From a virus, in UHGV virus genome UHGV-0192279: DNA of 50,405 nucleotides; one strand, written 5' to 3'. The notes beneath the pieces were generated by a model, which did no database searches, was not told the DNA's origin, and saw nothing but the letters and a program-made list of their open reading frames with translations. Position 1 is the first letter of the stretch. Each line of letters starts with the position of its first letter. Position numbers and translations under genes: made by a program. Of the stretch, positions 17,625 to 26,780 are shown piece after piece.

Positions 17625-19388
17625 ATGATTTACACAACAGGCACGATAGCCGTTAGCGGAAAAACAGTTACCGGGACAGGGACTGAATTCAACGCCGCAT
17701 TATCTCTGATCAGGGTTGGTTGCACTCTTATTGCCATTAGCGATCCGGTGCAGATTTTTTCAATTACAGAGGTAAAAAGCGCAACAAGTTTATCAGTAAC
17801 CCCCTCGGCAAGTCCTGCTATTCCGGCTGGCACTAAATTTAGCATCCTGCTTTCAGACTCGATCTCTGTAGATGGTCTTGCTCAGGATGTCGCCGAAACA
17901 CTGCGTTACTATCAAGGCAAGGAATCAGAAATAGCTGACGCCGTCGAATTTTTCAGCGACAACAAAGATGTGATTTCAGCATCAAAATTAGCGTCACAAT
18001 CAGCTACCACTGCAACCAACGCTGCAACAACAGCGACAAGCGCCGCCGATTCAGCTAAGACATACAGAGACGAGGCCCGCGAATACGCCAATCAGACAGC
18101 GCAGCCTTACGCGTATGTTTTGCAGCCGCTGCCGGACGTATGGATACCGTTTAACGACTCTCTCGACATGATTACCGGGTTTTCCCCTTCCTATAAAAAG
18201 ATTGTTATTGGTGAAGAAGAAACAACAGTACCAGGTGACAAGATCGTTAAATTTAAACGCGCGTCAAAAGCAACTTATATAAACAAATCCGGTGTGTTTA
18301 AGGAAGCAGCCATTGACGAACCACGTTTTGAACGAGAAGGGCTGCTGGTTGAAGGGACCAGAACTAACTACATTATAAACGGTAACACTCCATCAAGCTG
18401 GGGGTGCTCGCCGTCAGTTACGACAACTGCAAACACGGATGCCTTCGGCTTCCTGTACGGTAAGTGCGTGATCGTGGCCGATGGTGTAGGAAAAAATACG
18501 GCGTTTAATATGGCTTCCGTAACTGCGGCTAACAGTCTTGATACGTCTGGTGACGAGAAATATGTAACGGCATCATGCCGATTCCGGTCCGACAAGGATG
18601 TACGTCTGCGCGTGCGTTTTGCAGAGGGTGCGGATCAGAGTAGTATGACTTTCTCCGGCGACGCATACATTAAACTTAGCGACTTGTCAGTGTCTAAAAC
18701 TGGTGGCGCTGCGAAACGTATCACGGTAGAAGTTGAGAGAGACGAGGTCACCGGATGGAATCGCGCGGTGGTGATGCTGCAATCCACCACGGCATTGGTT
18801 AACGCACAGTTCCAGATCTCGCCAGTGAGTAGTTATGCTGCCGGGGATTATATCGAACTAACCACACCGCAAGTTGAGCTAGGAATAGGGGCGTCCTCAT
18901 ATATCATCTCCGGCACATTACCGACAACGCGCGCCAGCGATATGGTCAATATCTTCGCAGAAAACAATCTATCATCCCTACCGTTCACATCACTGGTCGA
19001 GGTGCACGTAAACTGGGGTACGCCGCCAAACCAATCGCCTCGAATTTTTGATGTTGGAGGTAATAGGAGTAATGATAATTACTTATCGCTTGGATTTGTT
19101 AGCACGGGTGAGATTGCGGCTAACGTAGGAATGGTGCAACCGTTAATTCAGCCCGAAAGCCGTCACTTTATTGCTGGTGTTCGCGCGCAGCAGAATCTTT
19201 CGGTCGATGCCGTGTGCAACGGTAAATATACAACCAAACCAAGCGGCAATGTATTCGCAGTCAGTGCTACGTCAATCCGTTTTGGCGGGCAAGCCACGTC
19301 GGGGGTGCGACATCTTTTTGGACACATTAGAAATTTCAGGGTATGGCACAAAGCATTGACCGATGCGCAATTGAGCGAGATTGTTTAA
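17625..19388 (+). CDS. side tail fibre/receptor-binding protein (587 aa)
   Basis: AAGGAG SD 8 nt before ATG 17625 (track start 17571 lies upstream of the SD); C-terminal LFGHIRNFRVWHKALTDAQLSEI resembles ConA-like lectin domains seen in phage fibres. Confidence 0.6.
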   Translation: MIYTTGTIAVSGKTVTGTGTEFNAALSLIRVGCTLIAISDPVQIFSITEVKSATSLSVTPSASPAIPAGTKFSILLSDSISVDGLAQDVAETLRYYQGKESEIADAVEFFSDNKDVISASKLASQSATTATNAATTATSAADSAKTYRDEAREYANQTAQPYAYVLQPLPDVWIPFNDSLDMITGFSPSYKKIVIGEEETTVPGDKIVKFKRASKATYINKSGVFKEAAIDEPRFEREGLLVEGTRTNYIINGNTPSSWGCSPSVTTTANTDAFGFLYGKCVIVADGVGKNTAFNMASVTAANSLDTSGDEKYVTASCRFRSDKDVRLRVRFAEGADQSSMTFSGDAYIKLSDLSVSKTGGAAKRITVEVERDEVTGWNRAVVMLQSTTALVNAQFQISPVSSYAAGDYIELTTPQVELGIGASSYIISGTLPTTRASDMVNIFAENNLSSLPFTSLVEVHVNWGTPPNQSPRIFDVGGNRSNDNYLSLGFVSTGEIAANVGMVQPLIQPESRHFIAGVRAQQNLSVDAVCNGKYTTKPSGNVFAVSATSIRFGGQATSGVRHLFGHIRNFRVWHKALTDAQLSEIV

Positions 19389-19398
19389 GGTGGTGAAT

Positions 19399-19665
19399 AT
19401 GAAAGATGTTAGCTTGCAATTTACTGATAAACAGCAATACAACGATATTGTGATTAAGAGCGGCTGGCTGGACGCCAACTGGTCAACCGTATTTGTTGAT
19501 GAAATTGGTTTTGTGCCTGTATTCGATGATCCAGAAAGTGAGACACCTGTACTGATTGAGAAAAAGGGCTATTACGTCAACATGCGCATTACTGGCGACG
19601 ATGTTGATTTGTCGCCGCTGGAAAAATTCATCGTTCTAGATCCAGGCGTCCGCGCATGGGCTTGA
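19399..19665 (+). CDS. hypothetical protein downstream of tail fibre (88 aa)
   Basis: AAGGTGG SD; ATG at 19399. Confidence 0.4.
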   Translation: MKDVSLQFTDKQQYNDIVIKSGWLDANWSTVFVDEIGFVPVFDDPESETPVLIEKKGYYVNMRITGDDVDLSPLEKFIVLDPGVRAWA

Positions 19666-19710
19666 TGGTGCGACAGCAACAGCATGGTGATGTTGAAGAC
19701 ATCGCCGCGA

Positions 19711-19737
19711 AACGAGGCTAACTCCTCGTTTCTTTTT
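19711..19737 (+). terminator. rho-independent terminator
   Basis: AACGAGG-ctaact-CCTCGTT followed by TCTTTTT. Confidence 0.6.
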
Positions 19738-19836
19738 GTGTACCAAATAGTGACCAAATATCAAAAATCCAAAGCAAAGATAACATAACATGCTGTTTTA
19801 CAAATGATTATTCATGTCGTTAATCATTCCAGACAG

Positions 19837-19868
19837 GGGAACGGAGTTCCGTTCCGTTCCCATTTTTT
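19837..19868 (+). terminator. second rho-independent terminator
   Basis: 9-bp stem GGGAACGGA/TCCGTTCCC, 7-nt loop, then ATTTTTT. Confidence 0.6.
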
Positions 19869-19957
19869 ACGCCATAAATAAAATGTTCCCCTGCTAATTC
19901 CACCAAGCATCCGGCAGATGGCAGGGCGACTAAGAAGGATTGTCCCTGTTTTATCCA

Positions 19958-20611
19958 TTATTCCGTGTATTCAACGTGTCCGATACATCCGTCAATAATA
20001 GCTTGCGCCATATTGCGATAATCACGCGAATAATCATTATCACGATTGAAATTTATTTCTCCTGCCGCATCCTCACCAATAACCTTCGTAGCCAGAGCAA
20101 ACGCAATTTGCGCCAGTGCTTTTTCTTTCGGATCAACGTATAAATAATAATTATAAAAACCCCATTCAATAGCATTTTCTTTCTGTATACTGCCTTTTTC
20201 TGTGTATACCCCGTATTTATCACCGATAAACTTAAACATTACAATCCCAATGTAATAGCCATCAGGATAATAACAATCAAGCCACACGCCGCACGGCGGC
20301 TTTTCTCCTGGCTTCCATTCTGTTTTTTCTTGTTGTGTTTCGCAATCATGGCGTTCATCTTCGATTAATTCATCAATGATTTCACTTTCTTTATTCATGC
20401 CGTCATCATCCTTATTCGATAAATTAGCGTATTTATCAAATTTCCAGCTTGCAGCCATAACCGAATAAGTGCCGCCAGTGTCAGCGCGGACACCCAATAA
20501 ATAGTATGATCCAAAATTATATTCTGTGCGGCATGTTGTTACCTCAAACGATGGGTAACATTCAGGGTTAGTGCGATGGCTAATCACGCCAATTGCTTTT
20601 AGTTTATTCAT
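19958..20611 (-). CDS. hypothetical protein (217 aa), last gene of leftward early operon
   Basis: ATG at 20611 with GAGGA SD (track start 20626 is TTG); no recognisable motif. Confidence 0.5.
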   Translation of the reverse strand: MNKLKAIGVISHRTNPECYPSFEVTTCRTEYNFGSYYLLGVRADTGGTYSVMAASWKFDKYANLSNKDDDGMNKESEIIDELIEDERHDCETQQEKTEWKPGEKPPCGVWLDCYYPDGYYIGIVMFKFIGDKYGVYTEKGSIQKENAIEWGFYNYYLYVDPKEKALAQIAFALATKVIGEDAAGEINFNRDNDYSRDYRNMAQAIIDGCIGHVEYTE

Positions 20612-20626
20612 TTTGCTTATCCTCAA

Positions 20627-20803
20627 TTACGCCACAGTTACGTTGTCAACTTTGATAAAATATTCAGGGTGATTTTCTATTTCGTGCTGAAAGTGAGCGT
20701 GACACAATCGCCACTCCCGCGCCTGGTTGTGGAAGTAATAAACATATTCGCCATCAACCTTATACAAAATTCCGGTAGGTTTAGCCATGTAATAACGCGC
20801 CAT
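20627..20803 (-). CDS. 58-aa ORF (MARYYMAKPTGILYKVDGEYVYYFHNQ...)
   Basis: Below track cutoff; ATG overlaps ninB stop (TAATG), GGGGG SD; exactly fills gap to next gene. Confidence 0.3.
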   Translation of the reverse strand: MARYYMAKPTGILYKVDGEYVYYFHNQAREWRLCHAHFQHEIENHPEYFIKVDNVTVA

Positions 20804-21234
20804 TATTGCCCCCAGCGTTTTATAAATTCCTCGTTTAATTTCGTATCACCCGACCATTGAACATCATGTTCCGCGCCGAACGAGTAAATCAATTCGATTA
20901 GTTCGCTGAATTCTGATTTACTCATTCGACTTGTAGACGTTCCCAATACAACGAAGCCTGATTTATCCAGGTTAGGGACTACGCCATATTTCTTAAGTCC
21001 GGCAGTGAATACCGCTTTCCAGTCTTCCGGCGACAGCTTCTTACCGTACCAATTAACCTGATCGCTAATGTCGGTCAACAGCGCCCAAAGCAACGCATTT
21101 TGGCTTAGCGAGCGGGTTTTCTCCTGAATGGTGATTATCAGCGGGCTTTTGCTATCAGGCTGGATCTCTCTTATCTGCCTGATAGCATTTTCTTTCACTG
21201 CGTCGTTGACTATCTCAAATCTAATTTGCCTCAT
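20803..21234 (-). CDS. ninB: NinB/Orf-family recombination mediator (143 aa)
   Basis: Strong similarity to lambda NinB (TIQE..RSL.QN..LWA, VFTA.LK...VVPNL...GFVV.G.STSRM). Confidence 0.8.
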   Translation of the reverse strand: MRQIRFEIVNDAVKENAIRQIREIQPDSKSPLIITIQEKTRSLSQNALLWALLTDISDQVNWYGKKLSPEDWKAVFTAGLKKYGVVPNLDKSGFVVLGTSTSRMSKSEFSELIELIYSFGAEHDVQWSGDTKLNEEFIKRWGQ

Positions 21235-21428
21235 GATACACCGTTACTATTTCGCCATATAGCACGCGCATACATAATCGCCTGCAAAGAAATTAGCCGC
21301 GAGCTTGTCATGTATTTTTCCTTTAATCTTTTCATATCAACCGTGACAGGCTTATCAGGATCATCGCCGCGCATGTATTCCGCGATCGTGCTTAAATCCT
21401 CCACGGTCAATTCTAAATCCTTGTCCAT
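21231..21428 (-). CDS. hypothetical protein (65 aa)
   Basis: ORF with overlapping start/stop in operon. Confidence 0.35.
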   Translation of the reverse strand: MDKDLELTVEDLSTIAEYMRGDDPDKPVTVDMKRLKEKYMTSSRLISLQAIMYARAIWRNSNGVS

Positions 21429-21437
21429 AATTCCCCC

Positions 21438-21644
21438 TTACACAATCCGCATTGTGTTTCGCAATTCCCCACGCAGCGCCCGCAATGCATCGTGCATTGG
21501 CACAAAAACCCGGTTAAATTTTACGTGTTTATATTTCCGCATCAGTGGCGGTGTATACACCTTTGCGTCGTATACTTCCCACGGATAATAAACGCGCGTA
21601 TCGTCGACAAACGTTTCAACTGAATAAAAGATTACCCGTCTCAT
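21438..21644 (-). CDS. hypothetical protein (68 aa)
   Basis: ORF with overlapping start/stop in operon. Confidence 0.35.
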   Translation of the reverse strand: MRRVIFYSVETFVDDTRVYYPWEVYDAKVYTPPLMRKYKHVKFNRVFVPMHDALRALRGELRNTMRIV

Positions 21645-22234
21645 AATTCTAACCCCGTTTCACCGTTAAGTTTTTCGATCTCAAATACTGGTTTATCCGG
21701 TAACAGGCCGTTATTTTTCCGGTATTCATTCAGGCGGCTGTCAAAATCAAACGCGAGATCATTAGCGTGACCAAAGCGCCCAGGTTTAAACAGTGAGTAA
21801 AAGTTAAGGCCGTGTTTTTTGGTGTCTATGCAAAGCGTTTCATCAAGTACCATTAAACGCAGCGTGCGCGACAGGTAATTCCACGGGATACCAGTTTCCG
21901 CGCTAATGTCACGCATACGCTTCTTAACGCTGTAGTCACTAAATAACGCCGCCACACGATCACGACGTTGTGCATACAAATATTTAATTCGATACCCCAA
22001 TAATCTGCGGCGCGGTCCGAAATATGTATATACACGCTCGACAATACCAGTATCAATCAAGTGTTTAATTGTCTCAGGCAAACATCCGGCTTCGTCATAT
22101 TTCGCTGATAATCCGGTTTTCTGGCGTAGCTGGTGCATTGTTGCGATGCAGTCCAGTTCAAGGATATTGATAACTTTTGTTTCAAGTTCAATGCTCATTG
22201 TTTTTCGTCTCGTTTTAAGCGCGAAAACAGCCAC
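21641..22234 (-). CDS. hypothetical protein (197 aa)
   Basis: ORF downstream of helicase gene; no recognisable motif. Confidence 0.45.
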   Translation of the reverse strand: MAVFALKTRRKTMSIELETKVINILELDCIATMHQLRQKTGLSAKYDEAGCLPETIKHLIDTGIVERVYTYFGPRRRLLGYRIKYLYAQRRDRVAALFSDYSVKKRMRDISAETGIPWNYLSRTLRLMVLDETLCIDTKKHGLNFYSLFKPGRFGHANDLAFDFDSRLNEYRKNNGLLPDKPVFEIEKLNGETGLEL

Positions 22235-22277
22235 CAGAAAGAGATCAACTTTCCGGTAAGCCGTTTGCTCAAGTTAA

Positions 22278-23699
22278 TTAAAAGGATGCGTTATTCTGGT
22301 TATTTCGTGTGGAGAATCGGCTTGCTGCCGGACGTTGTTGCATTGACTGGATGCAGGCGGACGCCGCGCGAGCCTGGTTGCATGGAATGATGTTGCCGTT
22401 ATCGTCAAACCGCTGGTAAACAGTCCCCGTTTTCCCGTAACGGTTTTTTGAAACGATGATCTCCATGTATTCGCGGGCAACTGATTGTTCGTTGTAGTAG
22501 CCGTCGCGGTAGACCATGATGATCCGGTCTGCGTCTTGTTCAAGATTACCGGAATCACGCAGATCAGAATTGTTCGGGCGCTTGTTCGGTCGTTCTTCAA
22601 CGCGGCGGGATAATTGCGCCAGCGCCGCCACTGGCACGCGCAACTCTTTCGCCATCATTTTCAATGACCACGACAATTGCCCTACGGCGAGATCATGACG
22701 TTCGGCCTTAGCCAGTTTCATTAACCCGATGTAGTCAATCATCACCATTCCAAGATTAGGATGGTCCTGTTTCATCCGTTCGACGGTGGCGCGTATTTCC
22801 TCAACCGTTAACTGCGATGCGTCAACAATCCACACATCGAGATCGGCAAGGGCGCTCATCCCCCGGGCAACGTGCGCCCATCCTTCGTCATCCAGTTTTA
22901 CCGGATTACGTAGGCAATCCGTTGATAAATTCCCAGCGCCAGCGATAGCTCGTTCAGTCATCTGATCGAGCGACATTTCAAGCGTGAACAGCAAAACGCC
23001 GACCCGCTGACCTTCTCCGCCAGGGTATTGGCGTCCAGCCGCCGCGCGGGCAATTGCCAACGCCAACGCCGATTTACCAGACCCCGGGCGTCCGGCGATA
23101 AGCACCAGATCAGTAGCGTTAATGCCGCCTAACATTTCGTCGAGTGGGTCAATCCCTGTTTTGATGTTGTCAGAGTTCACGCCACACTCCATGCGTTTAC
23201 TTAGCACTTCCGTGTATTCCTGGACAGCATCGCGCAACAGCACCGGGATAATCTGATCTTTTGTTACCTTTAATTTTGAATACCGGGAATCAAAATCTTT
23301 CATCGTCTCTTTGACAACTTCAAGCGTCCCCGTTTCCAGCTTGTAGCGAACGTCTTCCATTAGCTCCAGCATTTGCCGCCGCTGGTGTTCTTCCTGTAGT
23401 AGCTGCGCGTACCCTTTCAGGTTGGCAGCAGAAGGACACGATCGCGCCGTTTGCATTAGCGGTATGAAATTTTCGTTACCGATTTCATCACCAACCAATA
23501 ACGCGTCGATAAGATTTCTGTTTCTGGCTTGCGCCCTGATGATTTCGAACGCGCGCCTGTACAGAGGAATAGTGAATACATCAGGATCGAGTGTAGCAAG
23601 AACATCTTGCGCGTTAGGAGTAAGCCCGCCTAACAGGAGGCCACCTATAACAGCCGCTTCGCGCTCCTGCCGCAATGAGTTTACTTGGTCAGTTATCAT
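22278..23699 (-). CDS. dnaB: replicative DNA helicase, DnaB family (473 aa)
   Basis: N-terminal DnaB domain plus Walker A GRPGSGKSALALAIA and conserved RecA-fold motifs. Confidence 0.9.
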   Translation of the reverse strand: MITDQVNSLRQEREAAVIGGLLLGGLTPNAQDVLATLDPDVFTIPLYRRAFEIIRAQARNRNLIDALLVGDEIGNENFIPLMQTARSCPSAANLKGYAQLLQEEHQRRQMLELMEDVRYKLETGTLEVVKETMKDFDSRYSKLKVTKDQIIPVLLRDAVQEYTEVLSKRMECGVNSDNIKTGIDPLDEMLGGINATDLVLIAGRPGSGKSALALAIARAAAGRQYPGGEGQRVGVLLFTLEMSLDQMTERAIAGAGNLSTDCLRNPVKLDDEGWAHVARGMSALADLDVWIVDASQLTVEEIRATVERMKQDHPNLGMVMIDYIGLMKLAKAERHDLAVGQLSWSLKMMAKELRVPVAALAQLSRRVEERPNKRPNNSDLRDSGNLEQDADRIIMVYRDGYYNEQSVAREYMEIIVSKNRYGKTGTVYQRFDDNGNIIPCNQARAASACIQSMQQRPAASRFSTRNNQNNASF

Positions 23700-23709
23700 T
23701 ATGGCATTA

Positions 23710-23727
23710 CCTCATGTTTACAAAATG
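23710..23727 (-). repeat. 18-bp repeat CATTTTGTAAACATGAGG (minus strand), copy 1, upstream of helicase start
   Basis: 17 of 18 nt identical to 24846-24863; contains start-stop mini-ORF ATGAGGTAA and the TACA-N3-TGGA motif. Confidence 0.6.
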
Positions 23728-24851
23728 GAATATTCAGGGTAATAAACAAAGCGCCCAATTTCTCCATGAGCCGGGCTGTAAATAATCACCGCCGCCAGCC
23801 GCCGTGAACGCCAGCCGCCATTCGTCGAGTAAGCATCTTTGCCAGCTAACGTTCCGTGATACTCGACAACGCCTAACGATGATTCAATCAGCCGCTGGTG
23901 ATGCCAGTGTCCGCAATGAGCGTAAACTGACGACGATTTACCGAAATCCTCCCGCCAGTCAGAAACACAGGCAGCAAGTAAGGTTTCTGGTTTTTTGATG
24001 GTGTGTCCGTGGTGGTAAGCAAGGAATGTTTTTCCGTATTGTGTGTGGTGGACGATAGCAGGGGACACATCAACCGTTACGCGCGGTTCATCTTCGTAAA
24101 AAGCCGCCAGCGCCGCACGTAGCCAAATCATCCCCGACTGATCGTGATTGCCGGATAACACCTGGATCTCGACGTCCTTATGGTTTAACAACATTTTCCC
24201 CACCGCACGCCGGACCGACCGGATCGCCACATAAACAAGTTTTGCGTAGCGTGAATCGCAATCTAAGACGTGATTACTTGATGGCGTCACTGGTAATAGC
24301 CCGTCCGTGTGAAGCACATCACCGCCGAGAAGCAATACAGCTTTTTCAGACGTTGGTGCAGCGCCTACAGCGTAGTCAAAGAAGTCATTTAACACGCGTT
24401 CAGCGATCCCGGTGTCGTAGCTTTCTCCGCATTCAGCTTTATGCGCAAGCGCCCCGATATGCAGATCGAATACCGGATAAAGGGCCAGGCTTTTCTGAAA
24501 ATCAATTTCCGGCACTGGCACGGCTTCCTCGCGCGGCATTTCTTCCGTAAATGCGTCACAAGCTGCCTGCATTAGCCTTTCCATTTCCTCACGGTCACGG
24601 GCCGTTTTAATCCAGCGCATGATTACATTGCCATCTTTATCAACGAGCAATGATTCACCATTGACACCAAAACCCGGCGCGCGGCGCGTGGATATTAAAC
24701 CGCGTTTCGCCAGCCGTGCGCCCAGGCGCTCGACGTTGCGTTTTGCCATGCCGTACTTCTCAGCGATCTGTTTATACGTCAGGCCGCTGTTATGTTCAGC
24801 GATTAATTCCTCATCGCTGATCTTTCTTTGTGACATAACGTTATTCCTCAT
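23718..24851 (-). CDS. HTH domain fused to metallophosphoesterase (377 aa)
   Basis: N-terminal HTH (LTYKQIAEKYGMAKRNVERL); C-terminal calcineurin-like motifs DLHIG, GGDVLHTDG, GNHD, GHWHH. Confidence 0.7.
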   Translation of the reverse strand: MRNNVMSQRKISDEELIAEHNSGLTYKQIAEKYGMAKRNVERLGARLAKRGLISTRRAPGFGVNGESLLVDKDGNVIMRWIKTARDREEMERLMQAACDAFTEEMPREEAVPVPEIDFQKSLALYPVFDLHIGALAHKAECGESYDTGIAERVLNDFFDYAVGAAPTSEKAVLLLGGDVLHTDGLLPVTPSSNHVLDCDSRYAKLVYVAIRSVRRAVGKMLLNHKDVEIQVLSGNHDQSGMIWLRAALAAFYEDEPRVTVDVSPAIVHHTQYGKTFLAYHHGHTIKKPETLLAACVSDWREDFGKSSSVYAHCGHWHHQRLIESSLGVVEYHGTLAGKDAYSTNGGWRSRRLAAVIIYSPAHGEIGRFVYYPEYSIL

Positions 24852-24863
24852 GTTTACAGAATG
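24846..24863 (-). repeat. 18-bp repeat CATTCTGTAAACATGAGG (minus strand), copy 2; ATG here is the start codon of the phosphoesterase gene
   Basis: Near-identical to 23710-23727; contains perfect palindrome TACAgaaTGTA. Confidence 0.6.
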
Positions 24864-24965
24864 TATATTTATTTCCCGTAAAACGCGCTACAACGCAAAA
24901 TCCCACCGCGTAACCCACTTATAAGAGTGCAGTGTCTTTCTTGCGTCAGAGGCGCTATCAGGTGG

Positions 24966-25154
24966 CTATTTTTTGATTTTTAAGATGACATAAACGTTAG
25001 CTTGTTGGCGTCCATGCAATTTACTCCTGCAAATGGCTATTACTCCGGCCTGTTCCAGAGATCGGATCGCTAGCTTAACACTTTGCCGACTCACTCCCAA
25101 CCTGTCAGCAAGCATGATAAGTGATATTTGATAACCTCCCGTCCGGCAATGCAC
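24966..25154 (-). CDS. small winged-helix/HTH protein (62 aa)
   Basis: Segment DRLGVSRQSVKLAIRSLEQAGVI is HTH-like; GTG start, weak SD. Confidence 0.3.
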   Translation of the reverse strand: MHCRTGGYQISLIMLADRLGVSRQSVKLAIRSLEQAGVIAICRSKLHGRQQANVYVILKIKK

Positions 25155-25207
25155 AGCCAGCAGATCGTAAACTTTACGCTCAGTTTTGGTTAATTTCGTG
25201 AAAAGCC

Positions 25208-25293
25208 CTTAAACGCTCTATAACGAAGAAAACGCATTAAGCCAAGCAAGTATAGCACTTGATATGTTTTATCGCGTTAGGGGAGCGTTTAAG
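25208..25293. repeat. 11-bp perfect inverted repeat CTTAAACGCTC ... GAGCGTTTAAG enclosing 64 bp
   Basis: Arms at 25208-25218 and 25283-25293 in intergenic gap of leftward operon. Confidence 0.5.
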
Positions 25294-25326
25294 TGGGTTA
25301 TTTTGGGTTTTTGTGAAGCTTGGTAG

Positions 25327-26379
25327 TCAAAGAGCGCCAGCGCGGGTGTCGCGTAGCGTTTTTGGTTTTAGTAAGAAATCTAGTGTCGCAGTGAAGCCAT
25401 TGCCGAAGTAAAAATCTGAGGCCGTATTTTTGAACGCTTCGAAGTAGCTGATAAAGCCTTTGACGCTTTTATCTTTCAGGTAGTCAGAGAACGCATAAAT
25501 TTTACGTTCCAGATCCCGATCAAGTTCAGCAGGTGGTAACAGGCCATCAAACGTGCTGTTAAATGCTTCCACTACGTCGGCGGCGTTTACAGTAGCTGAT
25601 AGCTTGCGCCATTGTTCAGCATCAGCCAAATACCCATCAAACTTAGTTACCCGGCAAATGTTGATAGGCTTAGGTGTTCCACCACGGCTACGCCATTGCG
25701 TTAAAGCCCACTCAATCACTAATGTGATCTCATCCTCCGTATACGCTTTACGTGTTTTTGTTTCTGTCAGTAGTTCTACGAATGGCTTAGCATCACGACA
25801 TTTGCATCCTGCCTTGTCGTTGTAGAAGGCCAGGCAACGCAATGCCGCTTCGTTTACGCCATCCTGATTGACCATTTTTTGTTCATTTTCGACAATACAC
25901 GAAGTGTATATATCTTTTTCTCTTTCTTTTTCTACTTCTAATTCTAATTCATGACCCTTTCCTGACCTGGTCATGACCCGGTCATGACCTTTTTGTGTTG
26001 GATTGATTAACTTTTCTAATGTTAATTGCTCCTTCGCTGTGTTTATGGCGGCCCTGTAAGCGCTTTTAGAAGTCATTGATTGGTCCAGCCTTTTCAATAA
26101 CTTTAAACAAGTTATGTGGCCTTGAGAACATTCAAACAAACCAATTTCGATGAAGTATTTCATCATTTCTTCTATACGTTTTTCAGTAGATCCGACGTTT
26201 CGCGCAATTATTCTTGCGTCATGTCGTAGGTCAAAAGTTAGATTGTGCTGATCTACGTCATAAGTTATTAGTTCTAGGCAATACCAATAAAGCCCGTACC
26301 CTTCCAGGCCATAATCTAATAAAACGTTTTGAAGTTTTTCATCGCGGTTTGCATCGCTATCATGCTTAAACCATTTCAT
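25327..26379 (-). CDS. replication initiator / replisome organiser (350 aa)
   Basis: N-terminus MKWFKHDSDANRDEKL...EGYGLYWY resembles phage replisome-organiser N-domain; gene contains iteron array and AT-rich tract. Confidence 0.65.
   Translation of the reverse strand: MKWFKHDSDANRDEKLQNVLLDYGLEGYGLYWYCLELITYDVDQHNLTFDLRHDARIIARNVGSTEKRIEEMMKYFIEIGLFECSQGHITCLKLLKRLDQSMTSKSAYRAAINTAKEQLTLEKLINPTQKGHDRVMTRSGKGHELELEVEKEREKDIYTSCIVENEQKMVNQDGVNEAALRCLAFYNDKAGCKCRDAKPFVELLTETKTRKAYTEDEITLVIEWALTQWRSRGGTPKPINICRVTKFDGYLADAEQWRKLSATVNAADVVEAFNSTFDGLLPPAELDRDLERKIYAFSDYLKDKSVKGFISYFEAFKNTASDFYFGNGFTATLDFLLKPKTLRDTRAGAL
25949..25989. repeat. putative replication origin iterons (4 x TGACC at exact 11-bp phasing, two full GGTCATGACC palindromes)
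   Basis: TGACC at 25952, 25963, 25974, 25985; immediately 3' of a 45-bp AT-rich pyrimidine tract (25905-25948); located inside initiator gene as in lambda O/ori. Confidence 0.55.
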
Positions 26380-26382
26380 AGA

Positions 26383-26637
26383 TCATTCCTCCGGCAATGC
26401 AATGTCATAAATGTCGCCGTATTCGTCAGCGCGTTTAATGAATCCTTTGCGGATCAATGAATTTAATGCGTCAACAGTAGTATGCAGTGGCAGTTCGCAC
26501 ACTTTTGCGATCTCTTCGCGTGAAGCATGTGCGCGGCCTTTGTTGTCTGCCTTTTCTGCAAACGCAATTAAGACAAGTTTTTGGATCGGGCTGTTAAGTT
26601 TTACGTTCCATGCTTCATTCATCATGTGCATACTCAT
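26383..26637 (-). CDS. small HTH DNA-binding protein in cro position (84 aa)
   Basis: First gene of leftward operon divergent from repressor; AGGAG SD; winged-helix-like segment; could be Cro analogue or initiator-associated DNA-binding protein. Confidence 0.5.
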   Translation of the reverse strand: MSMHMMNEAWNVKLNSPIQKLVLIAFAEKADNKGRAHASREEIAKVCELPLHTTVDALNSLIRKGFIKRADEYGDIYDIALPEE

Positions 26638-26746
26638 CTTGTTTTTCTCCTATGGTTAGAGTGAACGCGCGGGCGGGCATCCCATTAGCATTAGATAGCA
26701 GTGACTGACCGCTCAACAGATCCCGCCGTTGCGTGATATTTGTTTT

Positions 26747-26780
26747 TCGCTTCGCAGCGACACCGGATTTTTAAAGAGCA
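26747..26780 (-). promoter_or_regulatory. nut-like site (boxA-like TGCTCTTTAAAAA + hairpin TCGCT-gcga-AGCGA) in leader of leftward operon
   Basis: Minus-strand boxA matches lambda nutL/rrn boxA consensus; 8 nt later a 5-bp stem with GNRA-type loop. Confidence 0.45.

Noticed and set aside
22133-22698. Plus-strand ORFs (22133-22390, 22516-22698) and minus ORF 22274-22600 within the helicase region
   Set aside because: Embedded in or overlapping the DnaB-family helicase gene; no translation signals.
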